NCBI GenBank assembly: GCA_030390025.1 | Contig: CM059432.1 | Coordinates: 8,246,001 to 8,310,000, forward strand | Reading direction: 5' to 3' | Origin: Squalus acanthias | Taxonomy: Eukaryota | Length of the DNA stretch: 64,000 nucleotides | Part shown: one piece after another, positions 1 through 11,373 of the stretch | Layout of the letters: each line of letters begins with the position of its first letter | Numbering within the stretch: position 1 is the stretch's first letter | Translations under genes and position numbers: made by a program | The notes under the pieces: model-generated | The model's database searches: none | Told to the model about the DNA's origin: nothing | The model's input: only the letters and a program-made list of their open reading frames with translations

Positions 1-407
1 AGTTAAGTACACTTTTACTAACACTTTGCACTTACCTCAGATACTCACCTCTCCACTCTTGCACCCATCACTTACCTTCACGCCACACTTTTGCACCCCC
101 CCCCCCCCCGACCCCTGCAGACCCAGTACTCGCCTCGCTGACGGGTTTCAGAGCCTTCGGGAAGCCCGCACTTGTGAGGGCAAAAAGGGGATAATCCTAT
201 TTTCTGCCTGTTAACTACCTGTTAACAGGCAGTTAATAGGCTTTAATCCCTTCCTGCCTCCAAGGAGATGGGACCCGGCGCAGGACGGCTACCCACCTCC
301 TGGGAAGATGGTATGGAGGCGGGTTGGGCACCCGCTCCCAAATTCTGCCATTTTCTCAGCAGTCCCGCCTCCATACCCGTCTCCCCAGGGCTGGCAAAAT
401 CGCCCTC
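1..407. mobile_element. Right end of a PIF/Harbinger-like non-autonomous element (runs off window start)
   Basis: 181-400 resembles 46981-47210 (shared TGCCTGTTAACTACCTGTTAACAGGCAGTTAA); ends ...GGCAAAATCGCCCTC followed by TAA and CR1 sequence. Confidence 0.55.
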
Positions 408-1020
408 TAAGAGCAGGGAAGATATGCTAGAATTGTATACAACACTGGTTAGGCCTCAGCTAGAGTACTGCGTGCAGTTCTGGTCAACACATTACAGGAA
501 GGATGTGATTGCACTGGAGAGGGTGCAGATGAGATTTACGAGGATGTTGCCAAGACTGGAAAACTTTAGCTATGAGGGAAGATTGGATAGGCTGGGGTTG
601 TTTTCCTTGGAACAGAGGAGGCTGAGGGGCGGATTTAATTGAGATGTATAAAATTATATGGGGCCTAGATAGAGTGGATAGGAAGGACTTATTTCCCTTA
701 GCAGAGGGGTCAAGAACCAGGGGCATAGATTTAAAGTAATTGGTAGAATGATTAGGGGAAGATGAGGAATAAATTTTCACCCAGAGGGTGGTGGGAGTCT
801 GGAACTCACTGCCTGAAAGGGTGGTAGAGGCAGAAACCCTCATCACATTTAAAAAGTACTTGGATGTGCACTTGAAGTGCCGTGACCTACAGGGCTACCA
901 ACAAAGAGCTGGAAAGTGGGATTAGGCTGGAGAGCTCTTTGTCGGCCGGCGCGGACACGATGGGCGAATGGCCTCCTTCTGTGTCGTAATTTTTCTATGA
1001 TTCTACGATTCCATGATTCT
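408..1020 (+). mobile_element. CR1 LINE 3' fragment
   Basis: [28 protein letters not shown]-terminus; 3' stem-loop and ATTCTATG-like tail repeats. Confidence 0.9.
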
Positions 1021-1119
1021 TCGAAATAGTGCCATGGGATACTTTACGTCCACCTGAGAGAGCAGACGGGGCCTCGGTTTAATGTCTCATCTGAAAGACG
1101 GCACCTCCAACAGTATAGA

Positions 1120-1910
1120 ACCTTGGGGACACTGGAGATAATGGTGGGAAGGTCGGGAATTGGCAGGAGTGACCACTGCATAGTCCTGGTGAAGACCAAG
1201 TCACACCTTCACAATGAGGACCTTCCATCGTGTCATGTGGCACAACCATCGTACTTTTTTTTTCTTTTTTCATTCATGGGATGTGGGCGTCGCTGGCAAG
1301 GCCAGCATTTATTGCCCATCTCTAGTTGCCCTTGAGAAGGTGGTGGTGAGCCGCCTTCGTGACAACTGAATGACTCGCTAGGCCATTTCAGAGGGGCAGT
1401 TAAGAGTCAACCACATTGCTGTGGGTCTGGAGTCACATATAGGCCAGACCGGGTAAGGACGGCAGATTTCCTTCCCTAAAGGACAGATAAGTGGGATAGA
1501 TTAAGAACAAATCTAGCAGCTCAAAACCGGATATCCATGAACTGCTGTGGGCCATCAGCAGCAGCAGAATTGTATTTCACCACAATCTGTAACGCCATGG
1601 CCCGGCATATCCCTCACCCTCCCATTACCATCAGCCTTGGTTCAACGGGATGTGTAGAAGAGCATGTTGGGAGTAGCATCAGGCATAACTAAAAACGAGG
1701 TGCCAACCTGGTGAAGCTACAACACAGGACTACATACATGCTAAACAACGGAAGCAGCATGCTATAGGCAGAGCTAAGTGATCCCACAGCCAACGGATAA
1801 GGTCAAAGCTCTGCAGTCCAGCCACATCCAGTCAGAAAAGGTGGTGGATAATTAAGCGGCTAACGGGAGGAGGAAGCTCCATGAACATCCCCATCCTCAA
1901 TGATGGCATT
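1120..1910 (+). mobile_element. Degraded ORF2 fragment of a second CR1-group LINE family, interrupted by a minus-strand SINE 3' part (~1262-1485)
   Basis: GRSDHCIVLV endonuclease motif; the SINE part matches 40170-40370. Confidence 0.6.
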
Positions 1911-2055
1911 AATCCAAAAGACAAGACTCACACTTCTGCCATGCAAGCTCAGCCTTGGCTCTGGGTATGATGCGGAGATGCCGGTGTTGGACTGGGGTGG
2001 ACAAAAGTGAGAAGTCGCACAACACCAGGTTATAGTCCAACAGTTTTATTTGAAA

Positions 2056-2093
2056 TCACAAGCTTTCGGAGCTGCTGCTCCTTCGTCAGGTGA
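2056..2093 (-). ncRNA. Minimal type-I hammerhead ribozyme motif (PLE family 1)
   Basis: UCAC-CUGACGA-A-GGAGC(AGCA)GCUCC-GAAA-GC-U-U-GUGA: core boxes, stem II, stem I, palindromic AGCU in place of stem III. Confidence 0.75.
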
Positions 2094-2095
2094 CG

Positions 2096-2132
2096 TCACC
2101 TGACGAAGGAGCAGCGCTCCGAAAGCTTGTGA
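2096..2132 (+). ncRNA. Minimal type-I hammerhead ribozyme motif (PLE family 1)
   Basis: UCAC-CUGACGA-A-GGAGC(AGC)GCUCC-GAAA-GC-U-U-GUGA, followed by AATAAA at 2138-2143. Confidence 0.75.
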
Positions 2133-2579
2133 TTTCAAATAAAACTATTGGACTATAACCTGGTGTTGTGCAACTTCTCACTTTTGGCTCTGGGTGACAG
2201 GGGCTTCCAGAGCATCACGTCACTCCTGCACTTTCTTCTTGCGCAGTGCAGTCGGAGCACTGAGGCGCAGTCCCAGGAGAGTGGCCTTGACTCCATAGGA
2301 GAGACTCCCACCACAGGCCGCAGCTGGCTCGCCCTAACCCCCACCCATTCTCTTCCCCACCCCCCACCCACCCCCTCCAGAATCTACCTGGGGGGCCACT
2401 GTTGGCAAGGCAGCCAGCCTAAATTAATCCTCTTCAAACCAGCGAACTGCGTCTGGGCACCCAGGTTGGTGTCCGCAGCTCACCGGAAGTACGCTGATGA
2501 GGTGCGAGGCCCAATCTCGGTCAAGCCTTGGTTGCCAGCTCCCAGCACTCAAAAACGGGCAAAACTTCAGTTCATTCAG

Positions 2580-3360
2580 AATTCTGCCGCTCATACTCGA
2601 TCCCCAGCAAGCCCCAATCACTCACTACCCGTCTTCTCACTAACCTACATGGGCTCCTTGTTTGTTTAATGCCTCAAAATTAAAACTCTTATCCTTGTAT
2701 TTGGATCATAGAATCATTAAAAATAAGCAGCTTAGCTCATTTAATACACTCTCACTCAGCACAGATATAAAGCCGACAGGAAATGCTGTGGATTGCCAGG
2801 ATTTAGCTGTTAATAAGCAATGATACAAAAGCCATTGTAGAAACGCAAGATTATCATAGAATCATACAGCACAGACGGAAGCCATTTGGCCCATTGAGCC
2901 TGTGCCGGCTCTTTGAAAGAGCTCTCCAATTAGGCCCGCTCACCTGCTCTTTCCCCACAGCCCTGCAATTAGTTTCTTTTCAAGTATCTGTCAATTCCCT
3001 TTTGAAAGGTCTATCCATGGCCTCAACCTTCGCTATCTCTGCAACCTCTTCCAGCCCTAATCCCCCTCAAATTCCTTGAAATCTGGCTTGTTGTGTATCT
3101 TTCCCTCCCTTTGCCCCAACCAGTGCAGCCATGCCTGCAGCTATCCAGATCTGACTCCCTGGAATTCCCTATGTCCTGGCTCCCGATGTCTCTCCCCCTC
3201 TCTTTGCTCTTTTAAGCCCCATCCTTAAAACCCACCTCTTTGACCAAGGTTTTGGTGTCCCTTCCTAATCTCGCCTCTGGCGCTGTCCTCATTTCTCTGG
3301 GAAGCACCTTGGGATATTTTCCTACGTTAAAGGTGCTATATAAATGCAAGTTGTTGTTTG
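2580..3360 (+). mobile_element. Degraded L2-like LINE 3' fragment, interrupted by a CR1 tail (~2851-3007, minus)
   Basis: Similar to 20650-21197; ends GGTGCTATATAAATGCAAG(TTG)n. Confidence 0.65.
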
Positions 3361-3584
3361 GTGCATGCGATTCTGGTTAGCAATGCTGTTGGTGCTGATG
3401 GAACATGGGAACAGGGGCAGACCATTCAGCCCCTCGAGCCTGTTCCGCCATTCAATTAGATCATGGCTGATCTGTATCTTCACTGCATCTACCAGCCTTG
3501 GTTCGTATCCCTTAATACGCTTGCCTAACAATCGATCAATACTGTCAATGAAATTTGCTTTGGCATTTTACTTTATTTATTTTT

Positions 3585-4130
3585 TTATTCATTCGTGGGA
3601 TGTGGGCGTCGCTGGCAAGGCCAGCATTTATTGCCCATCCCTAATTGCCCTCGAGAAGGTGGTGGTGAGCCGTCTTCTTGAACCGCCGCAGTCCGTGTGG
3701 TGATGGTACTCCCACAGTGCTGTTAGGGAGGGAGTTCCAGGATTTTGACCCAGCGACGATGAAGGATCGGCGATATACTTCTAAGTCAGGATGGTGTATG
3801 ACTCGGAGGGGAACTTGGAGGTGGTGATGTTCCCATGCGCCTGCTGCCCTTGTCCTTCCAGGTGGAAGAGGTCGCGGGTTTGGGAGGTGCTGCCGAAGAA
3901 GCCTTGGTGAGTTGCTGCAGTGCATCTTGTAGATGGTACACACTGCAGCCACGGTGCGCCGGTGGTGGAGGGAATGAATGTTTAAGGTGGTGGATGGGGT
4001 GGCAATCAAGCGGGCTGCTTTGTCCTGGATGGTGTTGAGTTTCTTGAGTGTTGTTGGAGCTGCACTCATCCAGGCAAGTGGAGAGTATTCCATCACACTC
4101 CTGACTTGTGCCTTGGAGATGGTGGAAGAG
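3585..4130 (-). mobile_element. Second CR1-group LINE family, 3' fragment
   Basis: MEYSPLAWMSAAPTTLKKL..IQDKAARLI..LHHRR RT C-terminus; tail GGGCAATTAGGGATGGGCAATAAATGCTGGCC. Confidence 0.85.
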
Positions 4131-4312
4131 GTCGCGGGTTTATAAACATTACCATTTTTCAGACGTCACTGCAAATACTTGCATCGTATGAAAGAATCAT
4201 CCTTTTTCAGCAAACATTCCTTCGGCCTGATGCATGTACAATTGAACACCCTGGGGTTATACAGTCCTCTCGGGCGGTAGTTAATAACGTGCAGCTGGCT
4301 ATCACCTCTACA

Positions 4313-4625
4313 TTGGGACAGGAGGAGGCCATTCAGCCCCACGAGCCTGTTCCGCCATTCAATTAGGTCACGGCTGATCTGTATCTTAACTCCATCCACC
4401 TGCCTTGGTTCCATAACCCTTAATGCCTTTGCCGAACAAAAATCTCTCAATCTCAGTTTTGAAATTTTCAATTGAACCCCCCAGACTCAACATTGCAAGA
4501 GAGAGTTCCAGGTTCCCACTACCCTTTGTGTGAAGAAGTGCTTCCTGACATCACCCCCTGAACGGCCGGGCTCTAATTTGAAAGCTCTGCCCCCACCTTA
4601 TCCTGAACTCCTTCCACCCAGATGG
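4313..4625 (-). mobile_element. CR1 LINE 3' fragment
   Basis: Similar to 58680-59000. Confidence 0.7.
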
Positions 4626-5274
4626 GAACCAAATTAACTCCTGCTGCCTTAAAACTGCAGCAAATACTATTTTTTTGCAAATTGTTAAACGAGCCCATTT
4701 TTCAATTATTAATCAGGAAATTGAATTGTGAAAATTTGACGTAAGGACATGTCTTATTTGTTTCATCTTGCTCATCAGAAGATTGTGCTGTGCGCATCGA
4801 TAAGCTGAAAGTTGGCTCTCTCATCTAAAAGGCTTTAATGAGTCAAAAAGGAGAACTGGTTATGTGACTGTGAAAAGATAAAAGATCAAGCTCTGTGCAG
4901 GCACATTAAAACCGTGAGCCACTAACAGTCCCGAATCCTAATTCTTGAAAGGCTTTCCATATTTTTGTACTTCAAAATATTGCTTAGAACTCCGTGTGGA
5001 GCAGCGTAAATAATTTAGAAGTTTATCCCTGTCGGATGCTATGAATATTTTCTCAGGCAGTCGGAGCCTTTTAGCACGAGTGTCCATTGTGTTGCGGTGA
5101 ACATGAAAGCAAAGAGCTCGACAGAGCTCACCGATAAGATGAATTGCCCCGCAAGCCGATTGATGGGAAAAAAAAGGCCTGAATTTTTAAATGGTTAGGT
5201 AAATGCGTTAACATCTTGCAATATTCCGATTAGTAGCGCTAATTGCGTACTTCTTGCACACTTTAAAGCAGCAC

Positions 5275-5513
5275 TGTTGAGGCTGCCGCGAAACACGAAT
5301 GGAGGCTGAATCCATATGTGGAAAACAAGAAACTTTAATTCAACTGCATGGCACAAAAATGGCTGCACCAAAAAGCCCCCAGAATTCTCTGGGCAAACTC
5401 TGAGGCCCCGCCCACTCCTGCCTTAAAGGTAAGGTGCCTTAAAGGGAAGGTGCTGGACTTTTGTCCACGGATGGAAGAGTGGATTATGCTCGTTTAGGTG
5501 GCGATCCGCCACA
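5275..5513 (-). repeat. 3' LTR
   Basis: Direct repeat of 9363-9601 (2 substitutions seen); preceded on minus strand by purine-rich GGGGGAG PPT. Confidence 0.97.
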
Positions 5514-5532
5514 CAGCTCCCCCAGAATCCGC

Positions 5533-8500
5533 TTAGGAGGTGTGGATGAGACGGTGCGGCGGTTTGATGAGCCGGCTGGAGCGGCTCTTGTAGGACGCCG
5601 GTGGACGTGGAACGGCCGGGCGTGAAGCAGCCGGGTGAACCGGCTTGAGGGCAGGTCGGCTGCGTGGAGGTGGACGAGCTACAGGGACCTGCTCACCGGG
5701 CTCCGAGTGTGCTGGCTTGAGTCGGTCAACCGACACTTTTTCAGTCCTGTCGCCCACTTGCAGGGTGAAAAATTTGTCCCCAGCCTGTAGCACCTTGTAG
5801 GGCCCATCATACGGGGGTTGAAGGGGTCCGCGGTGGGCATCGTGCCGGACGAAAACAAACCGCGCCTGGTGCAGGCTTAGTGGGACGTGTGAGGTGGATT
5901 CGCTGTGTCGGGCAATGGGCTCCGGGGCGAACTGCAGCGCCGGTGAGGCGAAGTTGTGGCGTTGCTGGTCGGCTGACCAGGGTGTCATGGCGGTGGGCAG
6001 GAACTCGCCGGGTACGCGCAGCGGCTGACCATACACGAGCTCTGCTGCCAATGCGTGGAGGTCTTCTTTAACCGCGGTGTGCAGGCCGAGGAGAACCCAC
6101 GGAAGTCGGTCGGTCCAGGCGCCGTCCTGGAGGCTGGCTCGAAGAGATGCCTTCAAGGATCTGTGGAACCGCTCACACAGTCCGTTGGCTTGGGGGTGGT
6201 ACGCTGTGGTGCGGTGAATGGTCACCCCGAGATTGCTTGCGACGGCGGTCCAGAGTTCAGAGGTAAATTGCGGACCTCTGTCCGACGTCATGTCGGAGGG
6301 GATGCCTGAACCGTGCGACCCAGGTGCTGACGAAGGCTCTGGCGATGTCGGTGGTGGTGGTGGTAGAGGTCAGTGGAATTGCCTCGGGCCAGTGTGTGGT
6401 GCGGTCAACGATGGTCAGCAAGTGCGTGTGGCCTTGCGACGGCGGCAGGGGCCCGACGATGTCCACGTGGATGTGGTCGAATCTCCGCGAGGGGACGGTA
6501 AACTCCTCGAGGGGTGCTTTCGTGTGTTGCTGTACCTTGGCCCATTGGCAGGCTAGGCAGGAGTTGGCCCAAGTGCGCACATCCTTGCGAAGGCCGCGCC
6601 AGACGAAGCGGTTGGCTACCAATTTGATGGATGCGCGGGCGCCGGGGTGGGAGAGGTTGTGGAGAATGTCGAATACGCTGGGACGACGGGCCGAGGTTGA
6701 CATAGGGATATGTCGCACTTGACCGTGACTGCGGTCGGGCCACAGGCGACGTCGGCCAGGCGTAGCCCTGGTAGGTTGGTGGGTGCGGAGAGCAGATCTG
6801 GGTCGGTGATCTGGTCTGCTGCGAGTTGAGCGTAGTCGACTGCTAGGTGTGCGGCGTGGATGGCGGGGCAGGAAAGGCAGTCGGCTACCGCATTGTCTCG
6901 GCCAGAGACGTGTTGGATGTCCGTGGTGAACTCGGACACTGCCGCGAGCTGGCGCTGCTGCCTGGCGGACCAGGGGTCGGTTGTCTTTGCCATTGCGAAT
7001 GTCAGGGGCTTGTGGTCGACAAACGCAGTGAAGGGGTGGCCCTCAAGCAAAAACTGGAAATGGCGGACCGCCAGGAACAGCGCGAGGAGTTCGCGGTTGA
7101 AGGTGCTGTACTTGACCTCCGGGGGGCGTAGTTGGAGGCTGAAGAAGGCAAGTGGTTGCCAGGCGCCGTCGACCCACTGCTCATACACGGCGCCAACCGC
7201 GTGGTCGGAGGCATCCGTGGTGAGCGCTACCCTGGCATTGGGCCATGGGTGCGCGAGCAGGGTGGCGTTGGCGAGCGCAGTCTTGGTGGAGTCGAAGGCG
7301 GCTGACGCGTCTGCCGTCCATTCGACCGCCATCTTGCCGCTCCTGCCCCGGAGGGCTTCATACAGGGGCCTCATGAGGGACGCCGCTTTGGGGATGAAGC
7401 GGTTATAGAAATTCACCATCCCGAGGAACTCCTGGAGGCCTTTGATGGTGGTGGGGCGGGGAAATTGTTGGACGACCTGCACCTTGGTGGGCAGGGGAAT
7501 GGCCCCATCATGGGTGATGTGGTGGCCGAGGAAGTCGATCTTGTCCAGGCCGAACTGACATTTGGCTGGGCTGAGGATGAGCCCGTGGTCGCTGAGGCGC
7601 CTGAACAGGATGCGAAGGTGTTCGAGGTGTTCCTGCTTGGAGGAACTGGCTACCAGGATGTCGTCCAGGTAGACGAACAGGAACTTCAGGTCCCGAAAGA
7701 CCGAGTCCATGAGCCGTTGGAATGCCTTGGCCACGTTTTTGAGGCCGAAGGGCATCTGCAGGAACTCGAACAGGCCGAAGGGGGTGATTACGGCCGTCTT
7801 GGGGATGTCCGCGGGGTGGACGGGGACTTGGTGGTAGCCGCGCACCAGGTCGACCTTGGAAAAGACTGAGCGGCCGGCCAGTCTAGCTGAGAAGTCCTGA
7901 ATGTGCGGCACGGGGTACCGATCAGGGGTGGTGGCGTCGTTGAGGTCGCAGGGGCGCCAACCTCCGCCTGGTTTGGGGGCGAGGTGGAGTGGGGGAGGCC
8001 CAGGGACTGTTGGAGCGGCGGATGATGCCGAGCTGTTCCATGGTGGCAAACTCGGTCCGCGCGATCTCTAGTTTGGCCGGGTCCAGCCTGCTGGCGTGGG
8101 CGTACACAGGGGGGCCTGTGGTGGGGATGAAGTGTTCCACCCCGTGTTTGGCGGCCTCCGCGGAGAAGGTCGGATTGGTAAGGGCCGGGAATTCAGCCAG
8201 AAGTGCCGAGTAGTCATCCGTGGCCCGGGCGTGGCACTGTGACGCCATGTCGGCGGGTTGACGGGGGGCCATGGCGCCCAGGATGGGGGACATGGTGTTC
8301 ATGTCCACGAGGCGGTGATGGGGGATGTCTACCAGTAGGTCGTGGGTGCACAGGAAATCTGCGCCGATGAGAGGGGAGAGCACCTTGGCAGTGATGAACT
8401 CCCATCGGTAGCGGCGACCAGCGAGGTCGAGGGTGACTGTCCGGGTGCCATACGTCCGGATTTCCGAGCCGTTAGCAGCAGCCAGCGCCGGTCCTCGTTC

Positions 8501-9322
8501 GCCCTTTTGGATGTCGAGGGAGGAGGCCGGGATGACGCTGTGCTGAGCTCCAGTGTCGCACAGGAACCGGCGGCCGGTTTTGTCATCCGTAACGAACAGC
8601 AGGGAGCCCGCGTGGCCCACGGCCCTCGCGGGGGCTGGTACGGGGGTGGACTTGAAAGAGCAGGGAGGTGTGCACCGTTGTGCCCTGGCGCCGAACTGTG
8701 CGTGGTAGTAACAGTGGCCCGGGTTAGTGGGGCGTGAAGGCCCCGTGGGCCTGGTGGCAGGCCCTTGTGGCCGCGTGGTGGCCGGTGAGGGGCGCGCCCA
8801 GGCATTGGCTGCCAGGTCCGGAGTGACGTCACGGCTGGAGTGAGCGGACAGCAGCTTGTTGGCCTCATCGGCCAGGGCTTCCAGGTTCGTGAGGCCGGAC
8901 GCCACGATCGCTGGGTGGATGCTGAGAGGGAGCTGGCGGATGAACAGCGTGCGGAAGAGGGATCCGGGTGGGCTCTCGTCGGTGAGGGAGAGCATGTGGG
9001 AGAGGAGGTCTGACGGTGAGGCATCACCGAGGCCTGGAAGGTCGAGGAGGTGGCAGTTCCGCTGATATGCCGAGGCCGTAAATTTTTTAAGGAGCGCTGT
9101 CCTGAGATGTGCGTACTTGCCTTCCTCTGGTGGGTTCTGCAGCGTTGTCCAAACATTCGAAACTACGGCGCTACCGAGTGATGTGACAAGATAGTCGTAC
9201 TTCGTCCCATCTGTGGTGATATTTCGCAGCCGGAAGCGAGATTCAGCTTCGAGAAACCAGGCTTCGGGCTGGTTTTCCCAAAACTCCGGCAGTTTCACGG
9301 AAACTGCGTTCGTGTCCGCCAT
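5533..9322 (-). pseudogene. gag-pol polyprotein, broken by about 3 frameshifts
   Basis: Gag VKLPEFW and CYYHx9Cx3C; protease DTGA; RT YLDD; RNase H TDAS; integrase HHCC, D,D,E and GPYKV; spread over ORFs 7922-9322, 6616-8049, 6257-6718, 5533-6291. Confidence 0.95.
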
Positions 9323-9347
9323 TGCAGTGCTCGGAATACGTTCTGAG

Positions 9348-9361
9348 CGTCAGGGTCACCA
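9348..9361 (-). promoter_or_regulatory. Primer binding site, tRNA-Trp type
   Basis: TGGTGACCCTGACG 1 nt after the 5' LTR; the tRNA-Trp PBS is TGGTGACCCCGACG. Confidence 0.85.
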
Positions 9362-9362
9362 A

Positions 9363-9601
9363 TGTTGAGGCTGCCGCGAAACACGAATGGAGGCTGAATC
9401 CATATGTGGAAAACAAGAAACTTTAATTCAACTGCATGGCACAAAAATGGCTGCACCAAAAAGCCCCCAGAATTCTCTGGGCAAACTCTGAGGCCCCGCC
9501 CACTCCTGCCTTAAAGGTAAGGTGCCTTAAAGGGAAGGTGCTGGATTTTTGTCCACGGACGGAAGAGTGGATTATGCTCGTTTAGGTGGCGATCCGCCAC
9601 A
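9363..9601 (-). repeat. 5' LTR
   Basis: Direct repeat of 5275-5513. Confidence 0.97.
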
Positions 9602-9642
9602 GCACCCTGATTATCGACCCTTCAGCCATTGGAAGCAATTTT

Positions 9643-11373
9643 AGCCGCGAATTTCCCAGCGGAGGAGGGATGGTAGCGGGAGAGCTGGTTCCCGGGTTCC
9701 AGTCACGATCCTGGCTGCAGCCACTCTGTCAAAGGGATTTTCCCTTGATTGGCCTTGTTAAGCCCCGCCCTGCAGGCTTTCCGGCCAGTTAACAGGAGGC
9801 GGGTCTGATGACGTCATTTGATGACGCGTCATCAGCCGGTTTCCTTAAAGGGACCACGGCCACATTGAGTTTGACAGTTGTTCTGTCAGTGTTTGACAGC
9901 ATTGAGGTGCTGCAAGCACTGACAAGCACTGCACAAAGGTGGACGCTTGCACCCAAGCTCTCCAATGACTCCCTCCATAAGCTTATGGAGGGAGTCACAG
10001 CACACAGGGAGGTTCTCTTCCCTTCCAAGGACGGAAGAGACCTCCCCAGGACACCAACGCAGCCTGGTTGCATATTGCACAGGAGGACAAAAGCAGGGGT
10101 GTCATCAGGAGTCCCTGGCTGCAGTGGTGCCAACCTTTCAATGATCTCAGTGGATCACTCAAACTCATCCTGCTGTGCCACTCAACACATCCCCATCACT
10201 CTGCCTTCCATACCCTACTCCTGCACATCCTTACTCACACCAACTTACCTTGCACCTCCACCCAAACCTTTCTATCTACTTTATCACTTCCCCATCTCAC
10301 TAGCCACCCCTCACATTGACCCTCATCCTACTGCAAACATATCAACTAACAACACACAAGGGTAGGCACTTGAGAGGTTTAGCCAATGTCCATGTGAAGT
10401 TTCTGGTAATGTGTTGTCCTACAGTGAAATCTATTTTTCCAACACTATCCCTTATTGGACAGATCTGAGCACACCTTGAGAAGTGTCTTCCTGAGTTCCA
10501 GTGATTGTTCAGTCATAACTTCCCCCTCCCTCCCCCGCGATAGTGATGTGTGTGCATGGAATGGCTTGGACATTAAAGGGATGCTTCACGGTGCTGGTGT
10601 GGGATGGTGTCAACCTGGCGCATCATGTGGCAGCCAGGGTTTACAGCGTCAAGTGAAGTAAATCTGGCCATGGTGATGCCATCGCTGGCTTCCCGGCCAG
10701 CAGTGTTGTCAGGGGCTGATGCCCTGTGTCCAGTGCAGCATCAGGTGATGGCGGAGAAGGTTGGTGATGTTGTTGGTGATGTTGGTGCTGGGGCTGATCG
10801 TGGAAGAATTCAGAGGACCAAGGTCTGATTTTTTCAAGGGCACCGATGTTGCTGCAATAGATGGCAGCTGCAGGTGAGATGACAGGAGCGATCTGTCAAT
10901 GGTGAGAGAGGTTGTTCCAATGAGGTGGCACTGGACATACAGTTGGCTCTAAACACTTGCAAGCTAAAGAAATATCTATATATGTATTACAAATGCAGTA
11001 ACCAACAGTTTCTGTGCTCTGAAACTGACCATCTGCAACATGGCATCCTTTCCACCACTTCTGCAGCTGTCAGCTTATCAGAAACATCAGAGCAGACTCA
11101 ACTCACACCAGGGTGAACAGCGGAGAACGTAAAATTGGAAGGAAGCCTCAAAAATAGTATTAAATTAGCTCTTAACAAGCCATTTAACAAACTCAATTGT
11201 ATCCCCCGCTGCTTGGTGTCGGGTCAGTTCTCCGCTGACAGACCCGACGCCTGGGAGACTCGCGTGGCTACGGGTTGACAGCGGGTGCCTACCCTACCCG
11301 CTGTCAATCATTGCTATTTTGACAGCGGACCCGCCTCCAAACCCGCCCTCTGAGCGCCGGCAAATTCGCGGCC
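9643..11373. mobile_element. PIF/Harbinger-like non-autonomous element with Myb/SANT remnant, inserted in a CR1 fragment
   Basis: TIR GCCGCGAATTT / AAATTCGCGGC; TTT on both sides; flanks 9606-9642 and 11374-11464 join into continuous CR1; frameshifted APKLSNDSL..LMEGV..REVLFP / AWLHIAQE..W.Q..FNDL at ~9940-10150. Confidence 0.75.

Larger units (their letters stand above)
1967..2186. mobile_element. Fold-back (palindromic) Penelope-like mini-element
   Basis: Arms 2002-2094 and 2095-2186 are near-perfect inverted repeats; 35-nt unique tail 1967-2001; TSD TTGGCTCTGGGT at 1955-1966 and 2184-2195; matches the 3' end of the PLE at 34787-34912. Confidence 0.9.
5275..9601 (-). mobile_element. Full-length Ty3/Gypsy LTR retrotransposon, CsRn1-like clade
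   Basis: 239-bp LTRs with TG..CA ends, 4-bp TSD GCAC (5271-5274, 9602-9605), tRNA-Trp-type PBS, PPT, domain order gag-PR-RT-RH-IN. Confidence 0.97.

Noticed and set aside
4625..5270. Non-repeat stretches as enhancers or conserved elements (also 23000-24000, 56720-57500)
   Set aside because: Scattered TF-like motifs only; cannot be supported without alignments
5880..9065. Plus-strand ORFs antisense to the Gypsy gag-pol
   Set aside because: Expected shadow ORFs of GC-rich coding sequence
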